A stretch of 64,000 nt of DNA, from contig CADADB010000002.1 in assembly GCA_902786595.1 (NCBI GenBank), positions 158,011-222,010 of the forward strand, written 5' to 3'. The stretch comes from an uncultured Bacteroidota bacterium (lineage in GTDB: Bacteria > Bacteroidota > Bacteroidia > Bacteroidales > WCHB1-69). Positions within the stretch are counted from its first letter, which is position 1. Each line of letters starts with the position of its first letter. Shown one piece after another: positions 45,965-55,200 of the stretch. The notes beneath the pieces were generated by a model. That model searched no databases, was not told the origin of the DNA, and worked only from the letters and a program-made list of their open reading frames with translations. Made by a program: the position numbers and the translations under genes.

Positions 45965-46621
45965 TCAAACATTTTGCCTGCTCTGATAGGCTTTCCACTT
46001 GTCTGGAATTGTCAAATCAAAATCAGCCGATTCAAGATGCACAACATCAGGTAAGATGCACTGGCGGAATCGTGATTCATAACGTTCGAGATTGATTACT
46101 CGCGATATGCTGATGCTACTCAAACTGTTGGAACGGTGAAAAGGCGGGAAATAGACGAACACTTTCGTTCCCGCCGCCATGGCTAACTCGATAGCGGGAA
46201 CCATGTCGCTGTCGGCAGACACGACAATGGCCATATCGCAATTGTGATTATTGGCATCGTTGACGATTTGTGTCGCAATCCTAACATCGGACTCTTTCTC
46301 TTCGTATGTCTGAATGACGTAGCCACAATTGTAGCACTTGATGTTCTTGCGGAGATATTTGCCCAAGAATAACTGGAACTTCGGATTCTCTTTGTTGGCT
46401 TGAAAAAAGGCGTTTTGCCGCAATGCTTTATCGAGATTGTCGGGTTTGGCAGAGAAGTATTTCACACACACTAACTCTTGGTTCGGTTTCATGAACATTT
46501 CAAAAAACTTCACCACATCCAACCAGTAATAACGCCTCCACTTCAGGTTCTTTTTCAAACCATAATAGAGGTTAAACCCATCAACATAGACTATAACTTT
46601 CTGTTTATCCATTGTTTTCAT
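45965..46621 (-). CDS. NYN (LabA-like, PIN-fold) domain protein
   Basis: VIVYVDGFNLYYG, EKESDVRIA and VVSADSDMVPAIE acidic motifs, with an embedded CYNCG. Confidence 0.8.
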   Translation of the reverse strand: MKTMDKQKVIVYVDGFNLYYGLKKNLKWRRYYWLDVVKFFEMFMKPNQELVCVKYFSAKPDNLDKALRQNAFFQANKENPKFQLFLGKYLRKNIKCYNCGYVIQTYEEKESDVRIATQIVNDANNHNCDMAIVVSADSDMVPAIELAMAAGTKVFVYFPPFHRSNSLSSISISRVINLERYESRFRQCILPDVVHLESADFDLTIPDKWKAYQSRQNV

Positions 46622-46638
46622 TGTTATTCAAAAAATAA

Positions 46639-46659
46639 GCCCACTTATTGGGAGTGGGC
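46639..46659 (-). promoter_or_regulatory. Terminator-like hairpin plus U-run inside the NYN 5' leader
   Basis: Minus strand: GCCCACT-cccaata-AGTGGGC then TTATTTTTT, ending about 10 nt before the ATG. Confidence 0.5.
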
Positions 46660-46696
46660 GAGCCTTAGTATATTCCACCTAAGGGGGATTCGGCTG

Positions 46697-46704
46697 CAAA
46701 GATA
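46697..46704 (-). promoter_or_regulatory. -7 box TATCTTTG (minus strand), NYN gene
   Basis: CAAAGATA on the plus strand, about 75 nt upstream of the ATG. Confidence 0.55.
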
Positions 46705-46755
46705 CAAAATATTTTATTTCTTCGTTACTTTCGAAAAAATTATTTTAGAAAATAA

Positions 46756-47004
46756 CCGCAACGCGGTATCTATCTCTATCCCAACCCCACGGACGGGCAG
46801 ATCACCGTGTGCGGCTACATGTATGGCTACCGCAGCATCGAGCTGCTCGACCTCCAGAGCCGCAAGCTGGCCACCCTCTTAGATTCGCCCCACGGCACGT
46901 CCCTGCCCGAAATCGACCTCTCGCCCTATCCCTCCGGCACCTACCTCGTGAAGATCAACTTCAACCGAGGGGTGAGCGTGGTGAGGAAAATAGTTAGGAG
47001 TTAG
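46756..47004 (+). pseudogene. Orphan T9SS type-A C-terminal domain (3' remnant of a cargo gene)
   Basis: The frame opens right after a TAA at 46753. It reads TQRGIYLYPNPTDGQITV...IDLSPYPSGTYLVKINFNRGVSVVRKIV. There is no passenger domain, signal peptide or start codon upstream. Confidence 0.7.
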
Positions 47005-47017
47005 CAGTTAGTAGTTG
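46992..47017. repeat. Period-7 array (AGTTAGN)
   Basis: agttaggagttagcagttagtagttg, covering the stops of both convergent ORFs. Confidence 0.7.
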
Positions 47018-47244
47018 CGCTGGTTATAACTTTCGGCAAGACTGTTTAATTTTTCTTTTGTAAGTTCTAATGTTTTTTGTATCTTTGCAGCGTCATTTTC
47101 CTGAGAAGCTCTAGTGACTAAAGGTCTGCTTATCAGTTCAGGAGAATGACTTTTTTGTTTCTTCATATTTTGCGTTTTTAGTTTATCTGGCGGGTGTCCG
47201 TCTGCATGGATATTATCAACAAGTTCAGCCTCGTTCTTTTTCAT
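47008..47244 (-). CDS. Small hydrophilic hypothetical protein (78 aa)
   Basis: Has its own -7 box TAACTTTG (47270-47277) 25 nt upstream. No recognised motif. Confidence 0.5.
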   Translation of the reverse strand: MKKNEAELVDNIHADGHPPDKLKTQNMKKQKSHSPELISRPLVTRASQENDAAKIQKTLELTKEKLNSLAESYNQRNY

Positions 47245-47314
47245 CTCTAAATTTTTAAGTTGTTGCCCGCAAAGTTACAAAATAAAAGCAAACAATTCAA
47301 GAGCCAATGATATT

Positions 47315-47776
47315 TCACTTACGGCAAAACACCCGCCGGTTCCCGCACACCCGGTCGCCGAACCGGTTCGCCCACTTTTCGCAGTACAGCTCGTAATACG
47401 ACATCCCTTTCCTCTTCCGGAACCGTTCAAAACAGGGCAGGGTGGCCCAAAGGATGGAGGGGATGGCGATGACCGGTAAAAACAGCGGTCCCAACAGGAT
47501 GGACTGCAGACAGTGCCCGTATTCGTGCACCATCAAGTCGTAGTCCATCTTCGAAATCGCCCCTTTTTCGCTTTCGCTCAAGTCCGTGTCGTTCAGAAAG
47601 ATGAACATCCCGCAACCGGCACTGTAAGGGATTTTCCAACAGGTCACCACGCTTGATCGGAAGAGGAAATGCCGATTCGGAAGAAACACCAGAAACAGAA
47701 GCAGACCAATGGCGTTCTGGACAATCCCCCACGTCCACTGCACAACCGCGCAAAGCAAAAATCTGACCGTTTTCAT
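47315..47776 (-). CDS. Hypothetical membrane protein with an HEYGH motif
   Basis: 153 aa with 3-4 TM segments. MVHEYGH fits the HExxH pattern. Confidence 0.6.
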   Translation of the reverse strand: MKTVRFLLCAVVQWTWGIVQNAIGLLLFLVFLPNRHFLFRSSVVTCWKIPYSAGCGMFIFLNDTDLSESEKGAISKMDYDLMVHEYGHCLQSILLGPLFLPVIAIPSILWATLPCFERFRKRKGMSYYELYCEKWANRFGDRVCGNRRVFCRK

Positions 47777-47885
47777 AAGCTAAGCAATAGGGACTTCTTC
47801 GTTAAACTCCACTCCGTTCTTATATCGTCCGGACACACGGACAACGTGCCGCTTCGCATCCCCGAACCTTTAACTCTACCTCTTC

Positions 47886-47913
47886 AATAACCAATAACCT
47901 ATAACCTATAACC
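47886..47913. repeat. Period-7 array (ATAACCN)
   Basis: ataaccaataacctataacctataacca, abutting the rlmH stop. Confidence 0.85.
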
Positions 47914-47914
47914 A

Positions 47915-48385
47915 TTAATGATGGTACGGCTCACCCTTCAAAATCGTACACGCCCGGTAGAGTTGCTCGGTGAAGATGAGGCGCACCATGATGTGCGGGA
48001 AGGTGAGCTTCGAGAGGGCCAGCTGCGCGTTCTGTCGGGCATAGACGGCTTCGGAGAAACCATAGGCACCGCCGATGACGAAGGTGAGCGTCTTCAACCC
48101 CGAGTTAGCACGCTGCTGGATGAACTCCGCGAACTGCACGGAGGTTTTCTCCTTGCCGCGCTCGTCCCATAACACCACGTACTCGTCCGACTCTATCTTC
48201 TTGAGTATCAGCTCGCCCTCGCGCTTTTTCTGCTCCTCCACCGGCATCGACTTGGCATTCTTCAGATACGGAATCGCCACGGTCTCGTACGGGATGTAGG
48301 TGGCGATTTTGGCCGTGTACTGCCGGATGGCCTCGTCAAAGATGTCGCCATCAGGTTTGCCGATCCATATTAATTTGATTTTCAT
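47915..48385 (-). CDS. rlmH: 23S rRNA (pseudouridine1915-N3)-methyltransferase
   Basis: 156-aa SPOUT fold with the typical MKIKLIWIGK start and the ending GEPYHH. Confidence 0.93.
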   Translation of the reverse strand: MKIKLIWIGKPDGDIFDEAIRQYTAKIATYIPYETVAIPYLKNAKSMPVEEQKKREGELILKKIESDEYVVLWDERGKEKTSVQFAEFIQQRANSGLKTLTFVIGGAYGFSEAVYARQNAQLALSKLTFPHIMVRLIFTEQLYRACTILKGEPYHH

Positions 48386-48392
48386 TTTTTTA

Positions 48393-48422
48393 AGGCAATA
48401 GGCAATAGGGAACAGGGAATAG
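48393..48422. repeat. Period-7 array (GGCAATA/GGGAACA)
   Basis: aggcaataggcaatagggaacagggaatag. Confidence 0.8.
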
Positions 48423-48423
48423 T

Positions 48424-48450
48424 GTAGAGACGCAAAAATTTTGCGTCTTA
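48424..48450. repeat. GTAGAGACG element, A-subtype with a decayed 3' arm (H7)
   Basis: GTAGAGACGCAAAAATTTTGCGTCTTA, 3 nt from the LRR-gene stop. Confidence 0.8.
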
Positions 48451-48453
48451 TGG

Positions 48454-49977
48454 TTAGCGTTTAACAATTTTCCTCCAGTATTCGTGTTTCCCCATGTCCG
48501 TCACGCGCAACATGTACACACCTGAGGGGAGAGATTTTATATTCAATATATGTGAATTGGGCGAGTTTTGGAAATATATCACCCGGCCTTGCAAATCGTA
48601 CAGCGTGATATTTACAATTTTCAAATCACCATCATTCTTCACATACAAGACATCATCAACGGGATTGGGATAAACCGTCAATGTTGCAGTTTTATGATCT
48701 TCCAGTCCGACACATTCCTCATAGATGAAATTACTGTAGCTGCTCCAACCAGGTGCAGACTGATACACGGATGTTTTTCCGCATGGTACTCGAACGTAAA
48801 TCGTATCTGTGTAGTAAAATGTTCCATTAGTCGAAAGGGCGGTGATGGTGGGTGGCATCTCACAGTAGATGTCCAATACTTTGAGCCCACTATCTGAAAC
48901 TGTCCAGAAAGCCTGTTTACCAATAAAGTTCACAGAAGCGGGAATGGAGATTTGCCTTAGCATAGGTGTTCCTGCAAAAGCAAAACGCTCAATTGTGGTC
49001 AGCAGTTGCGGTAAGACGACACTGCTCAAAGAGTGGCAATCGGAGAAGCATCCTTCGGGAATGGTGTCAATCTGAGGGGGAATGATTACTGATTGGATAT
49101 TAGTGAACTCAAAACTGTGTCTCCCAAGCCGAACTGTATTATTTGATAGAACAACTTTTTCCAAATGGTTGAAATAAGCGAAAGTGTAATCAGCCAATTC
49201 CAGGGGCTCTGTTCCTGGTTTAAACTCCACATAACGACATGCAATGTCCTTCAACGCGAAAGAATCTCCTAATGAGGAAAACGGATTGTTGTCACCCAAT
49301 GAAATTTTCCGCAGGGTACTAGGAAAAACCAGTGAATCAATCAAATCTGCTGAAAAAGCACCACATCTTATCTCTTGTAGTCCCTCATGGAAGGTGATTT
49401 TTGTCAACGGACAGTAATAAAAAACATCTGCTGGTAATAATGTCACTCCAGCAGGAATATCCACCTGTGACAATTTCGCCTGATAGAACGCATATCTTTC
49501 GATTTGTTCAACACCGGGCATACTGATATGACAAAGAGAAGACACCAGAAATGCACCTTCTCGTATTGTCTTTACCGAAGAGGGAAGTGACACCGATTTC
49601 AAATTGGCTTGCATATAGAAAGCCTCGTTGTCCACAGCCGTGACAACGTATTCTATATTGTTATAGTTGACGGAGGCAGGCACGGTAATAGCGGAATCAT
49701 AATCAAACACAGGATAGACAAACCCCGGCTGTCCCACTTGAGAGGAACTCTGTGGCCACGGCAGCTTGTGATAGACAGAGTCGTGGCAACGGGTCACAGC
49801 AACGGTGTAGGGTGCTATGGAGGATGTGATGCGGTAATATAGCGTGTCCCCGTCAGCATTGGCAGCCTTGAAGTCGTAATCAGGGTATGGGTTCTGGGCA
49901 CTTACGCTGCCGATGAACAGAGAGAACAAAAACGACATCAGAATTCCTACAACTCCGAAAATATTATTTTTCTTCAT
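48454..49977 (-). CDS. BspA-type leucine-rich-repeat protein with T9SS type-A C-terminal domain
   Basis: Signal peptide at Met14 (49977). Repeats of the form IP.SV..I...AF. CTD: VYPNPVDDVLYV...LPSGVYMLRV...KIVK. Confidence 0.85.
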   Translation of the reverse strand: MKKNNIFGVVGILMSFLFSLFIGSVSAQNPYPDYDFKAANADGDTLYYRITSSIAPYTVAVTRCHDSVYHKLPWPQSSSQVGQPGFVYPVFDYDSAITVPASVNYNNIEYVVTAVDNEAFYMQANLKSVSLPSSVKTIREGAFLVSSLCHISMPGVEQIERYAFYQAKLSQVDIPAGVTLLPADVFYYCPLTKITFHEGLQEIRCGAFSADLIDSLVFPSTLRKISLGDNNPFSSLGDSFALKDIACRYVEFKPGTEPLELADYTFAYFNHLEKVVLSNNTVRLGRHSFEFTNIQSVIIPPQIDTIPEGCFSDCHSLSSVVLPQLLTTIERFAFAGTPMLRQISIPASVNFIGKQAFWTVSDSGLKVLDIYCEMPPTITALSTNGTFYYTDTIYVRVPCGKTSVYQSAPGWSSYSNFIYEECVGLEDHKTATLTVYPNPVDDVLYVKNDGDLKIVNITLYDLQGRVIYFQNSPNSHILNIKSLPSGVYMLRVTDMGKHEYWRKIVKR

Positions 49978-50013
49978 AATTTTGATTTTAGGAATACGGA
50001 AAAAATAATTTGG

Positions 50014-50021
50014 CAAAAATA
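50014..50021 (-). promoter_or_regulatory. -7 box TATTTTTG (minus strand), LRR gene
   Basis: CAAAAATA on the plus strand, 36 nt upstream of 49977. Confidence 0.55.
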
Positions 50022-50045
50022 CAAATTTTCAATTATTTGCTAAAG

Positions 50046-50073
50046 GTAGAGACGCAAAATTTTGCGTCTCTAC
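50046..50073. repeat. GTAGAGACG palindromic element, A-subtype (H8)
   Basis: GTAGAGACGCAAAATTTTGCGTCTCTAC, a perfect palindrome. Confidence 0.9.
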
Positions 50074-50089
50074 AACGGTCGATGCCGAA

Positions 50090-51463
50090 TTATTCCTCCA
50101 TCGTTATCGGGAACACAATGTTGTTGTTCAACATACATTGCGCGCAGACGTTCAGTTCACCGTGCAGACGGTGCTGCACCATGTTGCTGAGACGGTCGCG
50201 GAGGGCTTCGATGGTCACGTTCTGCACGATTTCGTTGGCAAAGGCGAACATGAGCAGACGGTTGGCCGCCGCCTCGCCGATGCCGCGGGTGCGCAGATAG
50301 TACAACGCCTCTTCGTCCAACTGTCCCACCGTCGCGCCGTGACTGCACTGCACATCGTCGGCGTAGATCTCCAAGAACGGCTTCGTGGTGACGTGCGCCT
50401 TGTCGGTCAGCAGCAGGTTCTTGTTGGTCTGGAAGGCTGCCGTGCGCTGCGAATCTTGTGCCACGAGAATGTGTCCGTGGAAATTCGCCGATGCTTCATC
50501 GTCCATAATGCCCTTGTAGAGCTGGTAGCTCTTGCAGTCGGGCGCGGCATGGTTGATGAAGATGTGGTTGTCGCAAACCTGCTCTTTGTCAACGAGATAC
50601 AAGCCATACAGCTTGGCTTCCGCCATCGGCTCGTTGAGGTTGACGTGGAAGGTGTTGCAGATGTAGCCCGCATTGAACGTGATGGCCGTGGAGGTGAATG
50701 TCGAATAGCTCTGCTGATGTACGAAAACATGGTTCAACAGCATGGAAGCGGCATCCTTGTTCTCGGTTTTGTAGTAATGCAGATGCGCGTTCTCGCCCAA
50801 GTAAATCTCCGAAACGATATTCGAGAAGGAAGATTCCTTTTGGATGGAGTCATCGCATTGGATGACGGAGAGTTCGGTGTTCTTTCCCATCACGATGAGG
50901 TGACGATTGTTGACTAACAACGGATCAGTGGTGTTCATCAACGAGACAATCTGCATCGGTTTCTCAACCTTCACATTGTCAGGAATATAGATAAATGCAC
51001 CATCGTTGAAGAGGGCTTCGTTGAGGGCCACCAAGCCGTTCTCTTTCTCCAAGTTGGCATGTGCCAACAACGACAGCACCAAGTCGGGATACTGACGGAT
51101 GGCTGCGAACAAACTGCCCGTGATTACGCCCTGTTCGTCAACAGTAACTTCCTGCTTCTCAGAAATAAACCAACCGTTGCTGACGGGCAGTACCGTGGGG
51201 TGCAGATCCTGCACGCGGCACTGGAAATACTCCGCCAACGGGCGGTACGGATCGGGCTGCAGCTTTTGGATGTAGTCGGTTTTCACTTTCTTGTTCAGCA
51301 CCGACTGTTGCCAGCCTTGCAAATGCTTGTCGGGCAGCTCTTTCTGCAAGAAAAGGTCCATCGCTTTTTGACGGAGGTCGCGGATGGCCGCCTGCCCGCC
51401 GTCAGGATATTGCGCCTGGTTTTCGTTGAAAAGCCCCTGGATGAATTGTGTGAACGCTCTCAT
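50090..51463 (-). CDS. sufD: Fe-S cluster assembly protein SufD
   Basis: 457 aa. Downstream of sufC with a 4-nt overlap. C-terminal CSHGATVGQLDEEALYYLRTRGI is typical. Confidence 0.9.
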   Translation of the reverse strand: MRAFTQFIQGLFNENQAQYPDGGQAAIRDLRQKAMDLFLQKELPDKHLQGWQQSVLNKKVKTDYIQKLQPDPYRPLAEYFQCRVQDLHPTVLPVSNGWFISEKQEVTVDEQGVITGSLFAAIRQYPDLVLSLLAHANLEKENGLVALNEALFNDGAFIYIPDNVKVEKPMQIVSLMNTTDPLLVNNRHLIVMGKNTELSVIQCDDSIQKESSFSNIVSEIYLGENAHLHYYKTENKDAASMLLNHVFVHQQSYSTFTSTAITFNAGYICNTFHVNLNEPMAEAKLYGLYLVDKEQVCDNHIFINHAAPDCKSYQLYKGIMDDEASANFHGHILVAQDSQRTAAFQTNKNLLLTDKAHVTTKPFLEIYADDVQCSHGATVGQLDEEALYYLRTRGIGEAAANRLLMFAFANEIVQNVTIEALRDRLSNMVQHRLHGELNVCAQCMLNNNIVFPITMEE

Positions 51464-52227
51464 AACTTGCCCTGTTCGTATTCTTCCTTAATCCAGTCGT
51501 AACCGCGCTCTTCCAGTTCGAGGGCCAGTTCCTTCGGACCCGATTTCACGATTTTGCCATCGAAAAGGACGTGCACCACATCGGGGACGATGTAGTCCAG
51601 CAGCCGCTGGTAGTGGGTGATGACGATGATGGCCTTGTCTGCACCGCGAAGGTGGTTGATACCGTTGGCGACCACGCGGAGCGCGTCAATGTCGAGGCCG
51701 GAGTCGGTTTCGTCGAGGATGGCGAGGTAAGGGTCGAGGAGCGCCATCTGGAAGATTTCGTTGCGCTTTTTCTCGCCGCCGGAGAAGCCCTCGTTCACGG
51801 AGCGGTTGCTGAGCTTGTCAGTCAGTTCCACCACTTTCTGCTTCTCGGCCATCAGTTTGAGGAACTGGGCGCCGTTGAGCGGGTCGAGGCCGCGGTATTT
51901 GCGCACTTCGTTGAGGGCGGTGCGCATGAAATTGGCGATGCTCACGCCGGGGATCTCCACCGGGTATTGGAAACCGATGAAGACGCCTTCGCGGGCGCGG
52001 TCCTCAATGGACAAATCCAGCAGGTTTTTGCCTTTGAACCAGACATTTCCCTGTGTCACCTCATAGCCGCTCTTGCCGGCAATGGCGGATGCCAACGTAC
52101 TTTTTCCGGTGCCGTTCGGACCCATAATGGCGTGCACTTCCCCCGCGTTCACCTCCAAATTGACGCCTTTCAATATCTCTCTATCCTTGATGGATACGTG
52201 TAAATCTTCAATCTTAAGCATATTCAA
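51460..52227 (-). CDS. sufC: Fe-S cluster assembly ATPase SufC
   Basis: Walker A GPNGTGKST, FSGGEKKRNEI, Walker B AILDETDSGLD. Confidence 0.95.
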   Translation of the reverse strand: MNMLKIEDLHVSIKDREILKGVNLEVNAGEVHAIMGPNGTGKSTLASAIAGKSGYEVTQGNVWFKGKNLLDLSIEDRAREGVFIGFQYPVEIPGVSIANFMRTALNEVRKYRGLDPLNGAQFLKLMAEKQKVVELTDKLSNRSVNEGFSGGEKKRNEIFQMALLDPYLAILDETDSGLDIDALRVVANGINHLRGADKAIIVITHYQRLLDYIVPDVVHVLFDGKIVKSGPKELALELEERGYDWIKEEYEQGKL

Positions 52228-52238
52228 AAATTAGGGCG

Positions 52239-52246
52239 CAAAGATA
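52239..52246 (-). promoter_or_regulatory. -7 box TATCTTTG (minus strand), sufCD
   Basis: CAAAGATA on the plus strand, only 11 nt from the first ATG, which implies a very short leader. Confidence 0.5.
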
Positions 52247-52260
52247 CGATTTTTTAGAAT

Positions 52261-52288
52261 GTAGAGACGCACCATGGCACGTCTCTAC
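52261..52288. repeat. GTAGAGACG palindromic element, C-subtype (H9)
   Basis: GTAGAGACGCACCATGGCACGTCTCTAC. Its right arm supplies the TAG stop of the 1099-aa ORF. Confidence 0.9.
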
Positions 52289-55200
52289 GGGCGCAAAAAC
52301 GCGGATTTCAACAACAACCCGTTGGGTGCGACAATGCACGTGGGCACACCGGCGAAGGGGAAATCGCGGGTGCCGGAAACTCCTTTGACTTTCGTCATAA
52401 CAGGATACGCCTCCTTTTGGTTGGAAACAGCTTGAATATCATTCAACATGAAAAAGTGGAAATAAGAGCTCATCAGATAAGCATCGGTGACAGGAATTTC
52501 CTCCCCTGTGCGCACATCAACCCGATAAAGCTGAAGAAGTGGCAAATTGGGGTTGTTTCTGCAGTTTATATTTTGCATATTGTCATCATACACTTGTCGG
52601 AGAATATAGGCATGACGGCTACCCTGCTTTTTCGCCTCCCGCAGGAGCATTTTCTTGAGCTTTTCGTGTGAAACAGCGGTTTTATGGTCAAAATCCAAAC
52701 GAGAAGCGCCCTTTGCAAGAACAAATCCATCGCAGTGGAAAGCCAACTGCTGGAAACCATTACTGAAAGGAGTTGCTTTGGTGGGCACTCTGTTTCCCAT
52801 CAAAGTAATCAGCTCGCCGTTTCTAATGATTTCAGTCTCTTGCGTTTCAACACCTTCCGCATCCGTTTTGTCGTGACGAACAAATGTAGCCAGATCGAAT
52901 ACATCTCCAACCACATTGGCTGTGACAGATATTTTTCGGGATGTGATGATACGATCCAACAACTGCTCAAATGGGTGAACACCTTGACGGAGACTTTCTT
53001 CTGTTATCCAAGAGCCATCCGCTTCTTTCCTGTTAGTCAACAAGTTCGGATAACCTCCTAACAGTGCCGTCATCAGCACCTGCCCGACTGCCTCTCCTTC
53101 CACCAACATCGGTCCAGCCCAATAATTTCCTTCGAAAGACACACCTTTCTCATTCACTTTTTTCAAGTGAGTAACCAACATGTCTATTTCATTTTTAGCA
53201 TATTGAGCAGAAAACAAAGAATCAGTACAAGGGAAGAAAAGCGTTTTTGTATCCATATATTCTTCTCCATCCGCCTTTTCCACTGCGCCGTAAACCTGCA
53301 TACTTATGAGCGAAACCGGACGACTGTAGGTCGTTTTTTCGCTGTTCCAAAAATAGGCATTGCCCATCATGATGTAAATATTGACCCCGGATCGAATCAG
53401 AAAGTCATGCTTGGCGAGCAGGGAGGAGGCCTCGCAGGCAAAATGCTCCAGATTGTTCATCGTCGGGTAGTCGAACGTGCGCTCTTCATCCGATTGGGTC
53501 GCAGGGGCGTATGAGCGGTCAGGAAAGGTGTGTGACTCCGGTGTAGATTGCTGTGCCTGCTTGGTCTTCCATTGTTTAAGGACTTCCCGATATTCCGCAT
53601 CAGCCGCATCCCGAAAGTCTTTTGCAAATGTGGTATGGTTTTCGAAGGGCAACGGATAACTTGTAGGAACTGTTTCCTCGGTCAGATTTTCATTATTGAA
53701 TCGGTCACTCCCCAGCAACAAACGCGGGACAAATTGTCTGACTGGCTTTTCGTTAGCATAAAAAACACTTCCCTCTGAAGCTTCTACAGTGAAAATCCGC
53801 GCGTCAGTCATCAAGAATTCTTCGTAATAGGGTGCTGTCTCCTCGGCGACTTTCAGTTGGTCAACGTCTATTTGCCATTCGTGTTGCGCAGAGAAACGGA
53901 AAACCTCTGCTGTTGACATAGGCACATTAGCCCCTGTACCCGTAAGGTTCCGCTTGATACGGAATTGTGGCGTTTTCGGCTGCTGACGTACTTCAGCGTT
54001 ACGGAAAAGCAACATCGGAGCAGTGGTGCTGGTAAGCAAATCGTCTTGCTGACTGTTACAAGTCATTGTCACACAGTTACTCCCATAACTTGCAGCGACT
54101 AAATTGTTGAGCCACTGCTGTTTGGTACCTGTCAGTATTACATCCCTCACGATTTCATCCGGTTTTCGATGATGGGCATAAATTTTATAACATACTGTCG
54201 GATAAATGCTTACAAGATCATTTGTGTCGCAACGAATCTCCACTTCTGACACAAATAAGGCGTAATCCTGATCGTCGTTTAGTTGGTTTAGTTGCTTGAA
54301 CAACTCATCGGTGTCCAATGTTTTGTCGGATTCAAGGACAAGGTTGGATTGGCGGGCAGAGGGGAGCAAAGTATTTCCTCGTGCATTACCGTTGGATTTG
54401 AAGGCATTCGACTGTTGCATCCGAGTGGAAAGAAACTGCCGAAATACACCGTGGTCAACATGTTGCACTCGATGTCCTTTAACACCTTCGTCATCAAACA
54501 TATACGAACCTCCAGGATAGACCCCATGGATGGGTGTGAGGGTAGGGTCGCTATATACTGAAAATGATTCCGGCAACACCTGCTGCCATAGCCGATTACG
54601 TAACCAATTGTTATCCTGATTTTCCAAATCGTGGCCTAAGAGATTATGAATCAGTACTGCGGAAGCATACGGAGAGAGTAAAACGGGAGCGTGGGTAAGT
54701 TCGCACTTCTCGGCAAGAACTACACTCGACAGCAAAGTTTCCATTTCCTCCATCTCTTTTCGCAGCTCTTCCATATCGGGAAGTTGTTCAGGAAAATATA
54801 CAAAATGCTGCCTCTCAATATGTTCTGGAATGTTGTCTGGAGTAAGACCTTCTGCTCGCAAGGTGAGTGTTGTGGCGGAATGATTCTCTACGAAGTAACC
54901 ATTTTCGCTGTTAACCAGATATTTGCGAGATGTTTGATAGACAAGGACAGCAGATTCTTCCCTCAGGTCTGAATGCTGCAAACCTGTTGCATGGCATAAA
55001 GTTTGTTCAATGTGTGCTTCGTTCCAATCAGACTCCGTTACGGGCGGCTCATAATAACCGTCCAGGTCTTGACGCATGTAGAGGAACTTTTCGTAATCTT
55101 CTTCCCCAAACAGCAACGTTTCTGCAACCTTATTCTCAATACATTGAATTACAGCTTCTTGATACGCTTTACGGGTCTCGTTCCGAAGAATTTTCCTGAT

